From Epiperipatus broadwayi (taxonomy: Eukaryota; Animalia; Onychophora), in the NCBI GenBank assembly GCA_028023455.1, contig JAQFVV010000010.1:7006001-7070000 (forward strand): a stretch of 64,000 nt of DNA, in the 5' to 3' direction. The notes beneath the pieces were generated by a model. The model saw nothing but the letters and a program-made list of their open reading frames with translations. It did no database searches and was not told the origin of the DNA. The position numbers and the translations under genes were made by a program. Shown here one piece after another: positions 40,350 to 55,200 of this stretch. How positions within the stretch are numbered: the first letter of the stretch is position 1; every line of letters starts with the position of its first letter.

Positions 40350-43139
40350 CTGCAGATGATCATTGTTAAAAACTCAATGTTATTATTAACATAAAATACA
40401 TATATCTCTTAGTTTTACAAAAAGCATGAGAGTTTTAATAAATTATTTTCAGAAATAATCATGCAGTATATTATTACTAATTACCTTTTAGCTATTTTTT
40501 TTTAAAAAAAAAGAGACTTAAACCCTAACAAATCATTGATTTAGCCTTATCATAATCAGAACTTCCACTTTTCTCATAAAAATTATGATGTTACATTCTA
40601 ACTCTTGTTTTATATTCCATAGTAATGTTTAAAATTAATCTTTTAAAAACATAAATAAACTTACGCTAATAAAACACTTTACTTTAACCTTCTCACTTGG
40701 AACATTTCTTTAACACTATGTTCCTTTTTTCTTTTGGGAGTCATAATGAAGTTTTTAAAAGCATAAACAAATTTATGCTAATAAAAATCATTTTATTTCT
40801 GCATTCACATTTACAATTTTTTTTATATATATTATATTTTTTCTCTGTTATTATAGTAGAAAACAAAACTAAGCTAATCTTGCATGGAATCTTTTGCTTT
40901 GACATCACATTCTGTTTTCTAAAATCACAGTAAAAGCTTAACAAACATATAACTATCTTCTTTATATTTTCCCTTGATACTACGTTTTACCTTTTTTGCT
41001 TATAGCGAAAAGTGATGTTCAACTTTTAAAGGCATAAATTTGCATATGCTAATAAAAATTGTTTTATTTTGCTTTTTCCTTTGGAAATTATTTATTTTTT
41101 GATAATATTAATCAGCTTTCTAACTCTGCCTTCCATATGCTCTGAAATATCTTATGTATGTACTAAGTCAGCAAATAGTGTTTATCATAGCATATGTTAT
41201 GCTTATTGTCAGTTTTATTTGTTTGGATTTTTTTTTTTTCACAACACGAATCAGTTTTCTAGCTCTGATTTTCAGAATTATCATTTAAATTATCATATGA
41301 ATGCAGAAAAATAATTTCAAAATATATATATATATATTCACTGCTGAATAGCTTAAGTGAATTAAATTAGTAGCTTAAGCCTTACAAAACATGACAAAGA
41401 TGTTTTCTTCCATAAGTTTTAATTTGGTGAGAATAACTGTAATTTCATTAAAGCAGACCTGACTATTTCATACATGATTTACTCAGAGCTATGGCAGCTG
41501 TATGATAAGTTTACATTTGCTAGACAGACAAAAATTTAATTGCAGATTTCTCCCACTCATCTGCCAATTATACATTAATAAAAAAAGTTCATACATAGTA
41601 GTTTAATGATGTTTAGTCTAAATCTGTTTAAAAAAGCTTGCACATAATCTGTTTATTTGCACCAAAAATAGATTTGAAATAAAAAATAGAAATTATTCTG
41701 AGATATTAATGTTCACATGTACATTTTTCACATATTTCCCATTGTAAAAACTTAAAAAAATATGCATGGTCATAACAAAAAAATGGGTGAATGATTTTAA
41801 AATATTACATTCTATACTGTAATTATTTTCTGATAATATGAGTGATTTAGAGAGGCTTAAACTTTAGCTACTTGGATCAGTATTTCCATAGTTACATTTT
41901 ATATCTAAATGTTGCAAAATTTTCTTTTTCACAAAAAAAAAAAAACATCTGTACTTTTTTTTTAAAAAGGCTATATTTAAAACTCAAATATCACTCAGAA
42001 GTGATCAAAGAAAAAAAAAGGTAAATAAAATATCATTTATTATCAGTATCATATCAAGTTTCTTGTATAATGTTATCAAAATACATTACTATAAATACAG
42101 TATAACATCAGTATATTCTAAACTTCAAATTCTATACTTGCGGTTTAAATATGAATGTACAAGTAATAATAGCCAAAGTAAAAATTTAAAATAGTGAAAG
42201 TAAAAAAACAATGTGAATAAAAATTTGAAAAAAGTTTGTCCAGGTGAAATAAATTTCTGAGATAGTCACATTTCAATGCAAATTTTTAATATTGATCATG
42301 AGATCCCAAAACAAAAAGTTTTTTTTAGATAATCGTGGAATTGCTGCTTATACAATGAAAAAAAAAGTGCTTTTAATTTATAAAAATGGAAATTCAGAAA
42401 AATATTGTCAAATATTCATTGCCAGATGTTTGGAAATCTCATAAAAATGATACCACTATTTTGCTAAGAAAAATGATTCTTTTGAAATGCAATTTATTTA
42501 TAAATGTGAAGCTAAAATTGCAGATGGCAAAAAACCATTCTCTTTTTTGTTGTTGTTAAATTGGATGCCAAAAAAAAAGAAATAAAATCAATAAACTTTT
42601 TTCTTAATTCATAACTGTTTCTATTTATTTATTTTATACAAAACTTTTAAGTACTTATTTCATTTATATTTTTATATTCTTAAAAATATGATTCATACAT
42701 TGTGTGTGTATGTTCTTGTCAATATATAAAAGTAAATACTGTAGTTTTATAATAATACAATATCAAGCATATTTTATTAACATTATTTCTATGAGAATTT
42801 GCTGTCCACTAATACAGAGTTTGTGCGAATTTTTGGAACAAATCAAATATGGAGAACAAGAACATTCATAAATGAAAAAATGGAAATAAATTATTACGAA
42901 AAATAGGAAAATAACCAAGGAAATACAAAAAAAGTGGAATAATTATAATAGTAAATAAAACCAATAAGCTTTAATAAAGAAAAGATATGATATTAACACT
43001 ATCTTTATGAGAATTTGATCACTACTGTTCAATAATACAATCTTCATGTGAATTTTTGGACTAATGAGAACATCAGTATATAAAAAAAATAGTTAAAACA
43101 TCAGTATATAATAATAAAAAATAGTCAAAAAAAAAAAAA

Positions 43140-43990
43140 AGACATAATGATAACTAGATATTGAAACAATTAAATGATTGAAAACTGAGATGACAATTTA
43201 TATTTGAAAAGATCCATATACTGGAAATAGACCTCTTTAATAATGTATTAATAAAAAATAATTTGGAAATAATAATGAAAATGCATTTACAAAAAAAAAT
43301 ATGGTTATAATTTAATTATTGAAAAACTATTTTTAATTTCAATGATTTTTTTTTTTTTTAATGATAAGAAGAAAATATATGTGGGACTTATTGTATGTAA
43401 ATAAAATAAGAGTTATTGTAAAAAAGTATGCATAGTTTTACTTTGAAAATATTATAACAAGAACTGTTTGTCATAAATAATATTTAAAAATTACAATCAT
43501 TAAGACAACAAGTTCTATCAGCAGTAAAAACATTACAAAAAAAATTAAAAGAAAAAACACAAGAGAAAAGAAATAAAGAATTAATGTTAAGATAATGGGA
43601 ATGAAGCATTGCCTGATTTAAGCTAACATATGTGTTTCTGGATAGTTGCTGACCTGCAGTATTCTATAATATTCATTACCAAAGTAAAAAAAAGAATAAA
43701 TCTAAAAGATTTCATTCATATTGTTATACAATGGCTAAATGCAAAAGGTTTAAAATATAATGGATGCCATTAAAGAAAAAAATGATAAACTAAAAGAATA
43801 TAGATTATGAACATGTAAAATTAAGTTGATGCTGATCTTAATTTTTTTGTCTATTATGAAAACGTAAAGGTTTTTGATAAATAATCATTTCAGAATCAAG
43901 AAAAAATGGTATTATTATTTCCTTTCCATGGATATAAAAATTAATAATAAGATGAAAACAAAATTGGACAATTTAAAATTAGAACTTTCG
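43140..43990 (+). mobile_element. Highly decayed RTE-like endonuclease region
   Basis: VGLIVCK and KITII peptides, A-rich + strand, multiple stops. Confidence 0.35.
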
Positions 43991-44506
43991 ATAATAATCC
44001 GTATATAGCTTTGTATTCCAAATATGTATTACCATTAAACAGTTTTGTTAAGATGAATATTAAGACTTATAAATAAGGTTATAATCAAGTAGAAAAAATA
44101 AATTATAATAGGTATATTGTCAAATTGATGATAGATTTTTCTTTGAAGAAAGTTGAATTATATATATTTAATTGATTAATATGTGTTTCTTTTTAATATT
44201 CATGTATTATTAATACTGATATTATTAAATTATTAATATACATTGCATCACTTTTTGTTTCTTTTGAACATTAGAAAAAAAAAGCAGATTTATTTGAATA
44301 AAGAGAACACTTCAATGTAATATATATATAGGAATATTCAGTAAAAATTAAAAATTAAGAGCAAATGTTTCATTTAATGAACAACTATTTATTCAACCAT
44401 CATTAAATTAAAACTAATACAATAAAACAATATATATAAATTTAAATAATGAATACTTGAACCTAGGTTTTAAACTAAAAATATTATATACTACACAACT
44501 CTTAAT

Positions 44507-44715
44507 AAAAACATTCACAGAAAAGATAGTTTTTAAATATTCCGCTTTATTACTGCCAAGCATACTTTTAATACAACATGTATATCATATTCATGACTTA
44601 TAATATGACTATAATATTACTGTAAACCATAAATATGATATACATGTTATATTGAAAGCATGCTAAACAGTAATAAAGCTGAATATTTAAAAACTACCTT
44701 TTCTGTGGGTGTTTT
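44507..44715. repeat. Inverted repeat, ~88-bp arms, with hammerhead-like remnant
   Basis: 44507-44595 vs 44628-44715 are reverse complementary; the right arm has GAAAGCATGCTA (44654-65). Confidence 0.8.
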
Positions 44716-45373
44716 CATTAACAGTCATAAATTATATTAGCTCAGAAAAAGAAATTATTTATAATTGAACTAAAAACATTATATATTAAAAGTCATTTAA
44801 AACAGAAAATATTACAATTATACATATAAACAAAATAGGTGAAAATCAGTATGTAATATATATATAATAATGCTTCAATTTATATTTCAACTATTTCTAT
44901 CAAAAACTAACCAATAAGAATATTTTCTTTATAAGAAATTTAAAAAGAAAATTATATATTAAGAGGTTTAATCTGAAACCAAATTAATATGTAAAAAAGA
45001 AGAACATAGCAGTACTTTGCATTTCTGCCTATTCTTTAAACAAAATGCTTTATCAAATCTGATTTAAGTAGTCAAAAATATTGAAAATTTTAATGTTTAT
45101 AATATTAATATAAAAAATAATATTTGAGTTATCCTAGAAACTATCAACATCTATAGTATATAGTAATGATGTCAAACTCTACCACAACCTTCCACTATAT
45201 TTAATCCCAATATCTAGTTCTAAAATACAGAAAACAATATTATTTTGTTTTATATATATATTACATTTTTTTTAAGTTAACACAATAAAAACAAAACAAA
45301 TGACAACTAAATAATTTATTTATTAAGCAAAAAATACTTCATAACATATAAAAAAATATTTTATAAAACCAAC

Positions 45374-45658
45374 CTTCTATCTGATCAAGCTCGGGTTCAT
45401 CAACTCCATTTTCTAAATTTATTGCACGTCTTAAAACATTCTCAGTGCGAGCGATCTCAGACTGAGGCAAGCGATAAGTTTCTTTGCCAACTTTTTCCAT
45501 TTTCACATTTGTCAAAACACATTCAATATCAGTTAAATCATAAAAATCTGTTTTATAAAGATTAGCATCTGGGCTTGGTTTAAGAGATAACCAGCGAATT
45601 TTGAATCGTCTGCTGGTTTTGTAAACATTCTGTATAGTCTGACAGACAAAATAACTCC
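45374..45658 (-). CDS. Coding exon B: (R)SYFVCQTIQNVYKTSRRFKIRWLS...DFYDLTDIECVLTNV...ELDQIE
   Basis: Acceptor poly-T-gcag, donor gttggt; 285 nt open, phase 1 to phase 1; GC-richer than flanks, globular-domain composition. Confidence 0.9.
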
Positions 45659-47769
45659 CTGCAAAAAAAAAAAAAATGTATAAATTTATTGTTTATATTA
45701 ATAATCTAATTTCTCTTTATTTATTTATTTTTTTATATATTTTTTGTTATTTAAAATAAATAAAAAGAAAGAATTTTCAAATTTTTAATTTTAAATAGTT
45801 TTGAATACTTCATAAATTTCATATGTAAAATATTTACTTCAAAATTGTATCTTTGTTATTCTACCATGAATGAAAAGTAAAATAAAAATGACTATATCAC
45901 TAAAGCTAATTTTTGTTTTAGAAATTTGTTATTTTTGAATAAACATAGTGTGTTGAAGGTTAAAATTTAAGTTGGATAATTTTTATTAACATTAGATATG
46001 TAAAAGTATTTCTCATAATGAGCAATGCTTTTCTTTTGTAAGGTAGTTAAAATTGATATAAAAAAAAATCATTGATAAGATGTTAATTTCTAATTTATTG
46101 AATTACAAATATTGAAATGAGCAAATGATTCCTAGTTCAAGAATTTAAATGCAATACGGACATAATGATAAACTGATTTCTCTATGTTTGATCTGACATA
46201 AGTTGCCTTTTAACACCAACTAATGATAGTTTTTGGACTTAGAAAGTTGTACCTAAGTTACTTTTATACATAAATGCTTAGAAGTTATAATTTAGCCAAT
46301 TTTTGAAATAAGTTGTATTGTAAAATTGTTTTTTTCCTTGCTCTTATTTATATCTAAAATAAGTTATATTAGCTTATATTAAAAAATAATGTAATTTTTT
46401 GACAATTACAATAACTTTTTTAAAATTAATATACTTTGAAACTATATACTGGAATGTCAACAATTTTTAACACTATTATATGTCAATTCACCATTAAGAA
46501 CCTTACTGTGTAGTGGTTAAATTATTTACATGCTAAGCTGATAACTTGCTAGTTGAAATTCAGGTGGTGCTTAAATTTTTGCCAATAGATAACAATTTCC
46601 CAAAGGAAGCTTAAAATTTATTCAGATATCTATTTAGTATTGGTCAGTTAATAAGTACCTAGCCATTCTTTAAGTCATACGATAATTTATATTGGGCAAA
46701 TGAGGGTCATTATATTGATCATAAAATAAAAAAAGGATTGTAATAATATATCAAATTCACAAATGGTTGAAGAAATGTAGTATATCTATAAAATTTAACC
46801 CATAATTCATCTTTATAATTAATTTTTCTATAAATTTCTTTCATTATTAATTTTTTCTATTATTCCTGTTAACAATAATATCATTTTTCTCAATTCAACC
46901 TATAGTTTACCTTCCTTAGAATTTAGAATACTGATAATTTGCTTATATACTCCATAAGTCATCTTTTTTTATAAATATAGACTGTGTAAAAGTTTTTAGA
47001 TTTAAAAAAAAATTCAGAATGAGTGATAATATGTTGCAAATGCAGGGAAAAAATATTCATTTTAAAAAGGTAATATAATCGGAAGGTAATATCTATAGCA
47101 ATAATATGTTTGGACAATAAAAAAAATAATGTTAGTATATATATATATATGACAAATGTTTTTCAGGTTCTCATGTATAAAGGTAGACAGACAACTATTC
47201 ATATAGGAAAAGATTAGTGTGTGGACAATCCTGAACAAAATCTCTATTATGACTATTTTTGACATCATATACAATTTCTACTTTTGCTTTTGTCACTGAG
47301 GTTTTAGTATTCAAACTTGGAAGCAAAGCGAATAGTCAATTACCATCATTTACTTGTCAATTTAAAACTTAAAATTCAAATCAGTTTAAGGTTTAGAACC
47401 CAAGTCAAACTTCTTAAACAATTTTAGTATCCTCAGTTTTTTTATTAATTGTATACACCTTATTCCCTTGCTATGAATGTTGATAATAATAAACATATCA
47501 TTTAACTCTTCTTCTTACACAATATATGATAAAACAAAAACAGCTCTCTATTTTATTGCCACTGATTACTCAAGTTTATAAAAGATGATACTAGCATAAA
47601 AGGCTGCTCTTAATTTATCATATATTGTATGAGGCATGTAATTAAATGATTTCTTTATTATTATATAATAGATTATATATATGTCCTTTGATTATTAAAA
47701 TATGAATTATATTGACCAAATATTAGATTGCTTTGATCATTGTTAACAAAAAAAAAATTGTTAATTTTA

Positions 47770-48560
47770 ATAACTTTATAGAGAATAAGTTGATTTCCAG
47801 ACGAGCCATTCAGACTTTAAAAATATATTGACTGTAATACAGAAAAATGAGTTATATATAATATGCTATTTGTTGAATTTAAAAAAAAAAATTTAACAGC
47901 ATCAAAAATATTATCGTCTGAATTATGCTAAGCATGACTAATAAACTGATTAAATTAGGATAAGATGCAAGATGAGAAATTAGTGAATACTAGTTAAGCC
48001 CTTTCTTTGACACGCCATAAGGAATAAAAAGAATTGTTTACTTTCACGTTAATTATTTATAATAATTTTGAATCTAATGATGCAAAGAGGGTCATACACA
48101 ATTTATGGAATAAATTATTGGGCTGCTACAAGTTAAATAAAAGACTTCATTATATCGCTACTTGTGATTACTTATTGATTATTTTGAGAATACATTGCAT
48201 GGGAAATTAGTCATCAACTAAATACCAAAAAAATTATAAATTATGAAACTTTATCATAGCATTGCAATGCAATTTAAAATTGGCAATCAGGCTTTTACAA
48301 AATTGAACAGATTCTGATACTAGGAAGAACTTTACTATCTGAACCAAAATGCAGAAAAGAATATTGAAAGGACCATATATGAAACTATTAGTATCAGATT
48401 ACAAAAGATACTAAGAACTAGACAATTATAAACTAAAACAAAATTGTGTGTTTGTTATATAGATAAGAAACTTTAAAACCTTCAAAGCTGTCTGGAATGC
48501 CACAAATAGTTATATTCATAGTGTTTGTTTGAAGGTTTGTGGCAATGGCATTTTATTTGT
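47770..48560 (+). mobile_element. Decayed RTE-like RT fragment
   Basis: LFVEFKK..FNSI, LSPFFDT..GIK and GLLQV peptides in RT order; many stops. Confidence 0.45.
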
Positions 48561-50209
48561 TTATATGTTAGTCTATTTCTATCATCTAGTATAACTGTTA
48601 AACGTTTTCAGAAAAAAATGAAACTTTATTTATACTTTTCGAAATATATTCAACTGTTAATAGTACTAAATTTGTGCGTTATTATTTACAACTGAATGTA
48701 TTTAAAAAGTATAAAGCATTCCATACTAATCTATGTGTAATTCAGATATATGTAATATCCAAAAATAATGAAAGTATTGTTTTCGTTAATAGTTATACAT
48801 TTATATATATATAATATTTTAATATTTTGCTTTTTTAAAGTTTTTTCCATAAAAAATATCAAAATAAACTATTTATACATGAACTTTTTTTAATAGAAAT
48901 GATAAAATCAGGCATATATTTATTCTAGATGGTCATTGAAAGTTATGTAAGTGCTTCTTCCACAAAGCTATGCTGACAAAAATGAAGTATTTTTTTTAAT
49001 CAAATCCTTGCAATATTAAGAAGTTATAATGTTGTTTACTTTTTGCAAGGCAGTAGCTACTTCAAAGATATTAGTAATAGCCTATAAATAATGTTTTCTC
49101 TTTGTGGAAGCAATTTTCAAATTAATTTGCAAAGTAATTCAATACCAATTGGGTTGACCCTGACATAACAGTGGTTAAAGATATTCACAATAGACGATAA
49201 TATTTTGTGTCATATTCCAAATGAATTTTACAATATAGTTAATTTGTCATTACAAAGAGGCAAACTCTTCATATCTTTAATAATATTTTTATTAAAGTTA
49301 TATATCATGTAAAGTAATAGTAATATTTCAAACTGTTTTTTATTTCATATATATATAATAGAATCACTATAAATTTCAAAATAAGTAAATCTATCACTAA
49401 AGTTTGTATGATTGATTCTCAACTGACAAAATTATTTGGATTTCTAGAGTTTTATCGATTAAAAAAAAGTAATAATATAAACAAAAAGATCAAAATCAGA
49501 AATGACAAATTTAAATATGAAAATTAAAACCTGCATTTGGCACTGGGTAACAGATGAAAAGAAACAAATAAATTTAGTTGACTATACTTTTTTGAATGCA
49601 AAAAAAAGTATGAAATTGAGTTGGTTTTCATGATTTAAAAAAATTATTTAAAACTCAAAAGAAATATGAAATAACTCTTAAATTATCTAAAAGCAATGCT
49701 TCGGTTTGAAGCATTCTGTTTAGTTCATATTTTGATGAATTGGTTCCCTTCTTTCTCTAATCTCACCACAATTCACTAACATTATTAACAACAACTGGAT
49801 GTATTTAGAAAAGAATAAATACATTTGACTTTTTCTAAAAACATTTAACATAAAAAGAAAACAGTATACCATGTAAATTACAAAATGCATTTATAATATT
49901 CTGAATGATATTTTTCTGATATTTATTTATTTGTATATGTATAAAGAAATACACTTTAATCAAAGAGAGAATTACTTAAATGTGTAGGAAGAAACTAAAA
50001 GAATGAAAGAAGAAATTTTACAGTTGAATTTAAAAAAAGGTGTAGCAGTTATTATTAAAAAATAAAACTATTCTTGAAGTATATTAGATTTGGTATATGA
50101 GACGGCCTTTTGATGGCAACTATTGATGATGATATTTAATAAATTTATAATATTAATAGACAAATAGTTTTTGAATAACTTGTAAAAATTGTAAAAAAAA
50201 CAATCTTAC

Positions 50210-50381
50210 TATTTTCATTTCTTAAAGTAAGAAATTCTCCTTTTGGAAAGATAATAATTTTTTCTTCTGACGGCAAAAATTTGGATGATATATTACTTGT
50301 ATGAACAGGAAGTTGAAATGGTTGATACTGAATTTTCGGTCTTTTGCTCGAGCTACGCCCTTCTGAACTAGCTGATCGTTT
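50210..50381 (-). CDS. Coding exon A (first visible): KRSASSEGRSSSKRPKIQ...FPKGEFLTLRNEN
   Basis: Acceptor ttttttcag, donor gtaaga; 172 nt, phase 0 to phase 1; lies inside track ORF 50145..50396. Confidence 0.8.
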
Positions 50382-52240
50382 CTGAAAAAAATTCAAATGA
50401 TCAAATATTTAGTAAATTAAAAAATAATAATTAAAAATATTTAGATTTCATATAGTATTCTAATTTATCAATAAAAAAATGAAAAATACATTGATTCATC
50501 AAAAAAAATTGAAAAAGAAAAAAATTTTAATAAAAAATCAATACATCATTAAGTATATTTTTTAAAAAAATGATAAGAAATGAATTATTATCTAGATTAT
50601 AATTTATTCTTGTTTTAACAATGTGATAATATAAAACAACAACCAAAGAAAAATAGTGGTATATAAATTATAATTAATTTCAACAAATTATAATTATTAG
50701 ATTAAAAAATTTATATTGATGAATAAAACATTTTTTTAATGTATATTTTTTAATTCAAATTTTAAGATAACTATTATGGCTACAATGCTAATTATAATTT
50801 ACAATTAGTTAGTTTAAAAACACACTTATATGTATGTATATATTACTTTCTTTAAAATAGAATAAAATATTCACAACTAAAAGGGAAAACAGAATAAACT
50901 GGAATTAATTTGCACTCTAATATAATGCCATATGGTTAATTATTTATTGCCTATTTTGTAATCTTTATCTATTGACTAGTTTTTCTATCTGTGCTTTCAT
51001 TAAATTTTGTCAAATTATCTAATCTTTTTAGTAGATAATTATGCATTGATTTATATATATAAAATATCATATACATCTTAAATGAACTCTTTACAATGCT
51101 GAGCAGATGAAACTTTAAGCAAAAAGGAATAAATTCTACTGTATATTGTACATTGCATTGTAAAGTGTTCATTTAAGGAGTATATGGTATACATTAAAGT
51201 TAATTTTTGAATTTAAGCCTGCTTCAATAATCCTAATTTACTTTATCATTGCCAATTTTAGAAGACAAATATTCATTCCATTAAAAAGTCTGCTATGTGC
51301 AAAATAATATAGTGAAAAGTGTGCAGCATAGAAATAATGCACACACATACAAATAAAATTTAATGATATAAATACTAAAAGTATTTTAATTAATCTGTAC
51401 AAATAGTGACATCAAAATATTTTAAGTAATCTGTACAAATATATAATTGTGATTAGATTACAGAAAACTAATTAGTAAAGATATTACTAAAAAGTATTAA
51501 TTAAAAATAGCAACAATAAATGATTGCACAGAACAATAGAGCAGAACTATTAAAGAGATGGATTAATCAAAAAAGATGAGAGAGGCCTGCAATGAGGATG
51601 AAGATAAAAGAAGCACCTGGACTGGTCTTCATACTCAGTTCAATCCCCGTTGAAAGTTCTGACGAAGGATCTAGGCAAACTTAGATTACCCTTGGTTTTT
51701 ATTATTTGTTTAATATATCTAAGAATTGTGCATAATGTTAAAGGTAAATATATATATTGTTAAAAGTCATATATACACTGTTAAGATACTGCTATTAAAG
51801 ATTTTAGAATAATTAGTAATTAAATATAATTTCAATATACTATGCTCTGAGAATTTTTTTGCATTTGTAATATATTATTTGAGTCATACTCTTAGATATA
51901 GTCATGATTGCATTAATTGTACTGCTAGTCTGAACATAGCATATTAATTAGCGTAGTTGAATAGGTAAATGTAGAATGTGGTAACAATTTGTATCAAGAT
52001 TGTCAGAGCACAAATAATCAATGACTTAAAATTAAAAGCTAGACAGTGTACAAGTAGATTAAAACTGTAGCTAAGTAAGCAGTTAGTGAAAAATACAGTT
52101 CGGAATAGATGAATGTGACATTAATACACTCTCCAAGTGGCCCATTTCTACTAAATATATAAATATTTTATTGTCAATAAAATTAAAGATGATATTAATA
52201 AAAATTGCCACATTACTCCTATTTGGAGAACCAACTATAA

Positions 52241-55200
52241 TTGAGGTTAGATACCGAAAGTCTGTTTTATATAGAAATAGTCAAGCAACTTAGTAATGAA
52301 TTTAAGCCTGAACCATCAAAGCACATAGCTTGTCTTCATTTGCAAAATAAATGCCAAGTGGGGGGGGGGGGTTCCACTCCCTTGCAAGACTTGGCAAGAA
52401 ATTGTGCATATGGGGACTACTTAAAGGAAGCCTTGCTAGAACAGTTTTTGTGGAGTATGAGCAATGACAGAGTTGTTGTTCCAGACCTACCATATCCGGA
52501 TATTGTCAAGAGTGGCATGACCTACAAGTTAACACTAAAAAATTCTAAAGAGTCTCAACAATCTAACATGGATAGTCCAAAATAGATTACAAGCAAGGCA
52601 AATAGGTCCCCAAAAGTGAAAATTGAATGCTATTGTTGTGGAAGGAGTGGACATAAATACAATGTGGGAAAGTAAGCCACTTAGCAAGGGTCTGTCACAC
52701 TAAAATTATAACAAGTATATTATATCTTTGGAAAGTTAAGAAATCAGATCATTTTATCAAAATAAATAAGGCAGAGATAAATAACAGGCCGCAGTAATGT
52801 TAGTAGTACATATATGTGATAAACATGTAGAAATTGTGAGAGTGATGCCAGGGTATCTATAATATCACAGAAAGACTGGTCCAAGTTAAGTAAAAAAAAA
52901 ATCAAAGACAAAAAACTGAGCTAAAAGTGAAAGATACCAATGGAAATTCCATTAATATTAGTGGGGTAGTAAAGATAATGGTAATCATAAATAGCCATCA
53001 GGAAAAACTAAACCTCAATATAGTTTAAGATAATGTAGCACCCATAATGAGTAGAGAACAGTTCAGTCTTTAGGCATTAAAATATGCATGATAAATAAAA
53101 TAAATATTGAAAAAGAAATAAAGGCAAATTCCATAAACTGTATGCAGTACAGCAAAAAAAAAATTAACACCAAGCCAATTGAAATTGAGCTTCGAGAAGG
53201 CATAAAATCCGTTTACTGCAAGCTGAGGAAGATACAATTTGCACAGAGATCAAAGTCAAAGAGGCACTAGATGAATTGGTGAACAAAAAGATACTGATGC
53301 CTGTGGAAGACACAGAATTGGCTAACCTACAGTTGTCATAAAACAGAATGGACAAATCCAGACATATGGAGACTATAGATTGGTGGTAAACAAATGTATA
53401 GCTAAAAGTCTATATCATGTGCTAAATGTCAGAGAGATATTAGTTGTCCTTGATGGAGCAAATTATTTCACAAATCTGGATTCGAATTTCACTTTTCCTC
53501 AGGTATTGGTATTGAAAAAAACAGCGACACTTCTAACTATAACAATGCACAAAGAATTGCATAATTATAATCATCTGCTGTTTGGGAGTAACCAATACCC
53601 TTAATGTATTCCAAGTGAAAATTTATGCAGTATTAAAAGAATTTGATGGAGTGATACCATATTTTGATGATGTACACATGACAGCAGGGTCAAAGAAAGT
53701 GTTACAAAATAAATTGAATAAATTATGTGAAAGGCTAAAAACATTTGGAGCCATACTTAAGCTGGGAAAATGTATTTGGAGTGCATCAGAAATCAAGCTT
53801 CTAGACCATATTATTTCAAGTGCAGGAATCAGACCTAGTTCTGAAAAGTTTAAAGCAATTATTAATGTGAAAACTCCAAGATTGTTAAAAAACTTCAGGC
53901 CATTTTGAGGCTAGTTAATTTTTTTGAAATTTTTCTAAAGGAAAAGCCCATGTAGTCACACCCTTGTAAAAATCGATGAGTTACAAAGAAATGCAAGAGA
54001 GCACTTTTTGAGAAACCAAAACATTGCTCATCTCAAACAGTCTATTGATGCATTATAACAATAATCTTGATATATCATTAACAACTGTTGCATCCGATTA
54101 CGAAATTGGAGCAATACTCAGTCATCCATAACAGAACAGATAATGCTCCATAGCTTTTACATCTAAAATGTTCTCAAAAGATGGAAAACTTCAGCCAACT
54201 GTAAAAGGAGGTGCTAACTATAATAGTGGCAGTTCAGAAATTCCACCAATACATTTATGGGTGATCATTCAAGATAATAATTGACCATCACCCATTATTG
54301 AGAATACTGGCAAATAAAAAAGTCGCTCCAGACCATTTTAAGTTCATTTATGGTTTGCTAGTACAATTTATTATCAATCTATGATTGCGAATTACAATAT
54401 CAGAAAAGTAGTCAAATAAAACATGCAGATGCTATCTTGCATAACAGAATTGATGGGAAAATGCATAATGAAGTGAAAATTAATTATTTGGACTACTGAA
54501 AACCTGAAAAGGTAAATAGCAAAACTGTTGCAAGATGGTTTAATAAATCAATAGAATACCAGATGCTCATGAGCTGGATTATTCCAATAAACAAAACCCC
54601 ATTTTTTTAAATTTTTTTTACAAAGTATGAAGCAACAGTTATCAACAACAAAGAATTGCATTGTAAGAGGTAGTAAACTACTAATCCCACTTGTAAGTCA
54701 CCCTAAAATACTCAAAATATTTCATAAGGGCCATCTGAATGGGGTAAGAATAAGAACTTTAGCACACAATTATGTATTGGCTAGGTGTGGGGCAGACATA
54801 CAAACATATTAGAAAATGCAAACCATCTTCAATCTATGCTGAATATTACATCTCAAAAGAATTTTACATCATGGCCAAAACCAGAAAAACAGTGGGTCCA
54901 TGTGCATATACACTATCAAACCCAGTAAATGATTTTTTTAAATTTTAACTGGATCCAAGTGTGCAGAGTATAAACGAGCAAAGAATACAAGTGCGGCAAA
55001 AACCATCTGCATTTTACATAAAATATTTCCATACCATGGGTCACTGAAAATCTTGGTGTCAGGCAATAGGAAAGGACTTACATCCAAAGAATTGAAATCA
55101 TTCTTAGATGAGTGGTGGGGTGAAGTATATTCATGCTTTTCTATATCATCCAGAATCTAATAGGATTGCTAAAAAAGTGATGCAGCATTTGAAGCTAGTT

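Larger units (their letters stand above)
1180..50381 (-). other. Spliced gene model (partial at both ends): tankyrase-like ankyrin-repeat poly(ADP-ribose) polymerase, PME-5/TANK-1 type, N-terminal 386 aa
   Basis: Seven GT-AG exons join in frame with matching phases (172+285+192+148+118+158+85 = 1158 nt). Translation includes DPTFESNTSLPFVSVTAYSKLVIRAVLINDMKLL, an ankyrin-like NALSYAILQENHKAITTL, and RQVNIARGSREGNNAFIK, which I recognise from memory as the 'RG.REGNNAF' block of PME-5-type PARPs. The catalytic domain would lie outside the window. Confidence 0.75.
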
